This document shows, in pieces, positions 60,401 through 64,000 of a DNA stretch of 64,000 nt; positions within the stretch are counted from its first letter, which is position 1, and each line of letters begins with the position of its first letter. Where the stretch lies: NCBI GenBank assembly GCA_965372795.1, contig CBDVDR010000019.1, positions 1-64,000 of the forward strand, read 5' to 3'. This DNA is from an uncultured bacterium (GTDB lineage: Bacteria; Zixibacteria; MSB-5A5; GN15; FEB-12). Below the pieces are notes generated by a model. That model was not told the DNA's origin, did not search any database, and worked only from the letters and a program-made list of their open reading frames with translations. Both the position numbers and the translations under genes were made by a program.

Positions 60401-61370
60401 ATCCATTGATAGATGTGATCCGCAAACCCTGTCCAACATTGTTGTTTGTAGTCAGGAAATACACATTTTCTTTGGTATAGGTATTGGTTACAAAAGTGTC
60501 AGGATTAAAAATCCAGCGATCAGTAGCCTCACCGTAAAATATAATATAATCATCAGGATCAAATTGATTGTCTCCCCCGTCTTCGACAAGAATCGGAATC
60601 TCATCAAATGATGTTCTTGGATCACTGTTTTGAACGTTGATCTGCAATCCGCCACCATAATAAATTCTCAAATTGGAAGAACTCAAATTTGTTAGCTCAA
60701 GTCCCGCTTGCTCCAGATCGTCGCCATAAACCCGATGTATTCCGGTTTGGGAAACAAATAACTTATACCAGTTTGACTCAAGGTCGAACACTGAACTGTT
60801 CTGGGTTGATAATGCGAATGATGATCTGTCAGCGTCAACTCCCCAGCCAATTACTTGATCAGCATTGACGACAGTTGCTTTCAATATTTTATCAAATTGA
60901 GGATCACTGTTTTTTACCGTCGATGATTTTAAAATTTGCTGTGAAAACGTTAATCCGATTGTAATTTCCTCAAACATATATCCACCATGAACAGGAAATA
61001 TCTGTACCGGAATCAGTTCTCGTCCTCTAACTAAAATGGGCTCACCTAGCTTTACGAGAGGGTTCTTCCGTAACCTCTTGCCCCTTAAGAGACCTGAATC
61101 ATCATATGTAACATTTCCCGTTCCGGCAACAGATTCAATTTGAACTGTTCCATTTGGTGGAATACCAATTGTTACTTCCTCAGAAATCGAAACCGTTAAA
61201 TCTTTTTCCATTTTCTGTTGAAGATTTTCTGGAGAGATTTTAACTGTGAAATTCAGAGAACCATTATCATATGAAATTATTTTTATATGATCATCAGCAA
61301 CAATAATAGGATTATTGATGAAAAATAACAGGCAGGTTATAGATATAAAAATATACTTAATGTTTTCCAT
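57498..61370 (-). CDS. porU: Type IX secretion sortase PorU (C25 gingipain-family peptidase)
   Basis: WYKLFV..TGIHRV, DYIIFYG, DPTAIRDYL, GDGTYD, SDDNY; catalytic NYVGHG and TASCE; KAWDNANN; CTD NYPNP...GVYIY. Start placed at ATG 61370 to give a clean signal peptide; alternative 61430. Confidence 0.88.
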   Translation of the reverse strand: MENIKYIFISITCLLFFINNPIIVADDHIKIISYDNGSLNFTVKISPENLQQKMEKDLTVSISEEVTIGIPPNGTVQIESVAGTGNVTYDDSGLLRGKRLRKNPLVKLGEPILVRGRELIPVQIFPVHGGYMFEEITIGLTFSQQILKSSTVKNSDPQFDKILKATVVNADQVIGWGVDADRSSFALSTQNSSVFDLESNWYKLFVSQTGIHRVYGDDLEQAGLELTNLSSSNLRIYYGGGLQINVQNSDPRTSFDEIPILVEDGGDNQFDPDDYIIFYGEATDRWIFNPDTFVTNTYTKENVYFLTTNNNVGQGLRITSINGSPAGTPDTIINTFNRMVHVEQDNLLRKLNTNEIYDYYRWYWSDEDRLNLFVATPARIFGDTALITLFGKTFGVGNSGRMDLNVNGITTVGKQCNSNQCEYKAVNLLDGLNEMDILLQEYSNAPPFFDFLNIKYTSQLIPENDMLDIPIGFIGGLAEVRVFDNFSTAPLLFDISNPRYPNLISNYSQTGGFITFQVNLSAENHSRYFVASNNKYFKPSRIESVFVKNLRASHAPMDLIAITPDEFEETISEYVDFRTSQGHKILVTNVKDIMDNFSFGLYDPTAIRDYLKYEYESNIMTPPTHALFIGDGTYDFHDILNTGVPNLIPPFVNPFDVEQFYSDDNYLYFGNYGIIDSDTSYDTSSVSPDRGFDMVSARWPVRNIDELSVVIEKIKSYEQKENLGDWRTNITIVADDEFTSRSSLESLHTKQAEELEKEHIPAEFMRDKIYLWEYPFVNRKKPAVNDAIVNDINDGTLIINYVGHGNPDLWAHEHVFTRTDDLPRLNNIDKLPLVFTASCEIAFFDDPKREGMAEDLLVMPNGGGIGVISATRRVYSGPNAAFNRKVFDVMLYDKSLTISEAMYTAKLLRQYKTNPPSREDNDQAYLFFGDPLMKLGIPKYDIEFDESASSIKALEPVHISGRIIDENNLTVVKDGEITVNVFDSDRNKTHFVLGASNKPRDTIEYSVNGPAIFRGTASVTNGMFEFDFVPPLDIGYGGEGARISVYAILDDIDGFGLIDSISVASEIALSTDTAGPIIDFEIIGRTDFVSGDYIGKSDKIIITLSDSSGLNLTGGLGHGITLELDNNPQNTLNLTELFEYTRDDFRSGSLEYEITDLDPGLHTFKIKAWDNANNSSSVEFEGTVVISESFEIVDLLNYPNPMQDSTIFSFTITQPISQLSVEIFTLSGKKIKSFNDFSRRNPGYYDDIVWYGKDFDRYRVATGVYIYKATAVGENDGTVTESFGKIVIIN

Positions 61371-61515
61371 AATACCGGGTTTCCCCGGCCCAGGAACCGA
61401 AAATTCAAATTCAACGGTTTTTAGGGCCATTCCTCACTATTCAAAATGTCAATTCAAACAATAAATAACCGTTGAGCTATAAACTTTCCTCCATATTAAG
61501 TATAAATCCTTAGCT

Positions 61516-61543
61516 AATATAAAGTTCCAATTAAAATTGTCAA
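61516..61543 (-). promoter_or_regulatory. sigma70-type promoter upstream of the porU operon
   Basis: TTGACA-16 bp-TATATT. Confidence 0.5.
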
Positions 61544-61791
61544 GCCGACAATTTCAAATCAATACAAATATACAGATTCTACCGCAACTTTCAAGCCCAA
61601 TCTTCAAAGAATCTGCAAAACGACTGATAAATGCCTTGTATATAACAAGATACAAAAACACTCTCAATCGTCATTGACTCAAAATATAACCGGAAATTTA
61701 TCTTTTTCTGAAATATTTTTCACAGAAATGAAAATATATCTGCTTGGATTACCTTCTCTTTGGCAAATATCGAATTCTTGAAATAATAACG

Positions 61792-61821
61792 AAAAAAAAG
61801 CCAGTTTGTTCAACTGGCTTT
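61792..61821 (-). terminator. Rho-independent terminator after tnaA
   Basis: AAAGCCAGTT-TGTTC-AACTGGCTTT hairpin with a T8 tail on the minus strand. Confidence 0.8.
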
Positions 61822-61847
61822 ATATCAAAATTCTTAATAATTATTAA

Positions 61848-63251
61848 TCAGGAAATTTCGACTTTATTAGCAGAAAGCATTTCAAGTTCACAGGTAAAAT
61901 GTCTCAAAAAAGAAGCCTGACGCAAAATATTAAATCCGGTTAAATCTTTTTTCTTGCTGACAATCTTAGCTGCTACTTCGGCAATATAATCAAAGTGAGA
62001 ATTTGTATATACTCTCCTCGGTAATGCCATCCGCACCAGTTCTTTTTTAGCTGTCAATTTTTCTCCGGTGTTTGGATCTATTCCGCCAAACATAAGTGAC
62101 CCAATTTCCACCGACCGAACTCCGCCTTCCAAATAAAATGCAACAGCAAGAGCCTGCCCCGGGAATTGACTGGCAGGAATATGTTCCAGTAGTTTGCCGG
62201 CATCAATAAAAACAGCATGACCACCGGTTGGTTCAATAATTGGAATACCGGTTTCTTTTAATTTTTCTCCGAAATAACGGACTTGTTCAATTCGGAAATC
62301 AAGATAATCAAAATTTAGCACTTCCTCTAACCCAACTGAGAGAACTTCAAGATCACGTCCGGCAAGACCGCCATAAGTTTGAAAGCCTTCAACAATTATC
62401 AACAGCTCAGTTAATTTGCGATACAATTCTTCGTTGTTTAAAGCAATGAATCCGCCGATGTTAACCATGCCGTCTTTTTTGGCAGACATCAAAGCCCCGT
62501 CGCACTGTTCAAACATCTCTATTGCAATTTCTTTAATTGTTTTATCTGCGTACCCGGGTTCATACTTTTTAATAAAATAACTGTTCTCAGCAAATCTGGC
62601 ACAATCGAAGAAAAATGGAATTTTATGAGTCTTGCAAAGAGCCGACACTTCACTAATATTTTTCATTGAAACCGGTTGGCCGCCTACTGAATTATTTGTA
62701 ACCGTCATAATTATAACCGGAATGTTTTCTACGCCATGCTTATGAATAAATTCATCCAGCTTGAGCACATCCATGTTTCCTTTAAAATAAGAAATTTCAT
62801 CAGAATCAGATTCAGGACATGGTATATCTACAGCTATGCCACCTTTATGAATTGTATTAGCGCGAGTTGTATCAAAGTGTGTATTATTAGGAACGTACTG
62901 GCCTTTTTTTAAAATTGTGCCAAAAAATATATTTTCAGCCGACCGTCCCTGATGAGTAGGAATAACAAATTTCTTTTTAAAAATATCCTGAACCGTTGCT
63001 TCAAATTTTCTGAACGAAGTTGAACCGGCATACGATTCATCACCCATCATCAAGGCTCCCCATTGACGAGCAGACATTGCCGTTGTACCGGAGTCGGTTA
63101 ACAGGTCGATATAAATATCTGTAGCATCTAACTGGAACAGATTATAATGCGCTTTTTTGATTCTATCCTTACGCTCATAGCTTGTGAGTAATGTAATCGG
63201 TTCAATTGCTTTTATTCGATATGGTTCAGCCGGTTGGCGTTTAAAAGACAT
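61848..63251 (-). CDS. tnaA: Tryptophanase / tyrosine phenol-lyase family beta-eliminating lyase
   Basis: EPYRIK, IDLLTDSGT, GDESYAGS, PTHQGR, PLP-lysine MSAKKDG, TYGGLAGRD and LPRRVYT motifs. Substrate (Trp or Tyr) not resolved. Confidence 0.85.
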   Translation of the reverse strand: MSFKRQPAEPYRIKAIEPITLLTSYERKDRIKKAHYNLFQLDATDIYIDLLTDSGTTAMSARQWGALMMGDESYAGSTSFRKFEATVQDIFKKKFVIPTHQGRSAENIFFGTILKKGQYVPNNTHFDTTRANTIHKGGIAVDIPCPESDSDEISYFKGNMDVLKLDEFIHKHGVENIPVIIMTVTNNSVGGQPVSMKNISEVSALCKTHKIPFFFDCARFAENSYFIKKYEPGYADKTIKEIAIEMFEQCDGALMSAKKDGMVNIGGFIALNNEELYRKLTELLIIVEGFQTYGGLAGRDLEVLSVGLEEVLNFDYLDFRIEQVRYFGEKLKETGIPIIEPTGGHAVFIDAGKLLEHIPASQFPGQALAVAFYLEGGVRSVEIGSLMFGGIDPNTGEKLTAKKELVRMALPRRVYTNSHFDYIAEVAAKIVSKKKDLTGFNILRQASFLRHFTCELEMLSANKVEIS

Positions 63252-63399
63252 ATTCTCTCCTTCAGGGTTTTTTAAAATTATATAAGACCAGCAACAATAA
63301 AAAGGAGATATAAATTAAATTGAATCTTTGATACAGCGACGGTAGTAGTCTAAGCCGAGGTGGGTTGTAAATAATTCTTTATTTATAAAAGTCACTTTA

Positions 63400-64000
63400 C
63401 TAAACCTTTTTTAAAACAAAATCAGCTGAAATTCTACCGGTAATCAGCTGACGATGGTTACGAACTTTCGGTTCTCTATGCCCCTTAAGATAAGGGAAAT
63501 TATCAATTTTGTCAACTAACCCAAGTTGACGGAGAACCTCAACACAAACCGCCCCCAACGCCCTGAAATTGCCATCATGAATTTTTACGGCAATACCTAT
63601 TTTCGGCTCGGTAAACCCGATTCCTTCCAAAGATTCTGCCCCGATTTTACAGATAATATTTTGGGGGTATGACCTCATTAAATCATAATCAAGCCTATGC
63701 TCGCCTGATAGCATCTTGGGATAATCATAAATCGCTTTTCTTATACGATTTACAATTTCAGAATCCACCTGCTCACTTTTTTGCCCGGAAGAAAATTTCA
63801 TGAATCCGAGGGCAAGATTTTTAAGCGGGAGTGAATAATTGGGAGCGCTACAGCCATCAATGCCAACCTCCATTTTTTCAGATGGAAATTCAACATAATC
63901 GGCAACAGTTTGTTTTATCATTTGTTGAATTTTACTATTCGGATCCAAATACGATGAAACCTCTTCCCCAAGAAATTTAGCTAAAGCTAAAAAACCGGAA
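63400..64000 (-). CDS. L-asparaginase II (Rhizobium AnsA-type) family protein, 5'-truncated by the window edge
   Basis: GIDGCSAPNY, KIGAE and GIAVKIHDG motifs; the frame runs off the window end. Confidence 0.8.
   Translation of the reverse strand, partial: SGFLALAKFLGEEVSSYLDPNSKIQQMIKQTVADYVEFPSEKMEVGIDGCSAPNYSLPLKNLALGFMKFSSGQKSEQVDSEIVNRIRKAIYDYPKMLSGEHRLDYDLMRSYPQNIICKIGAESLEGIGFTEPKIGIAVKIHDGNFRALGAVCVEVLRQLGLVDKIDNFPYLKGHREPKVRNHRQLITGRISADFVLKKV

Noticed and set aside
61431..61790. About 360-bp AT-rich intergenic region as a possible ncRNA or riboswitch
   Set aside because: No convincing stems or known riboswitch motif were seen; it is explained by a terminator plus the porU promoter region.

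Overview
AT-rich bacterial chromosome segment with nearly all genes on the minus strand. Gene content (SprA/PorU/PorV, Bat operon, bacillithiol genes, canonical sigma70 promoters and GGAG ribosome-binding sites) suggests an FCB-superphylum organism outside the Bacteroidota, possibly Zixibacteria-like; this is inference only. The window contains four main blocks. (1) Selenocysteine machinery: selA, selB and a tRNA-Sec whose acceptor stem is 7 bp plus a bulged C, together with a hidden AhpD/CMD-family selenoprotein that the ORF track splits at an in-frame UGA (CxxU motif with a SECIS-like hairpin). (2) A small accessory region after tRNA-Sec whose genes are separated by GTAG-type REP-like hairpins; it includes a putative PD-(D/E)XK nuclease. 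(3) bshC-bshA-bshB1, an RND efflux operon, corA and a full MoxR/Bat operon. (4) A type IX secretion-related locus: sprA, porU, an unusual 925-aa PorV with about 590 aa of propeller/LysM-like sequence inserted, a CTD-bearing metalloprotease, and a half-size SprA-like protein whose N-terminus is frameshifted at a T9 tract. All calls come from reading motifs by eye; no searches were run.
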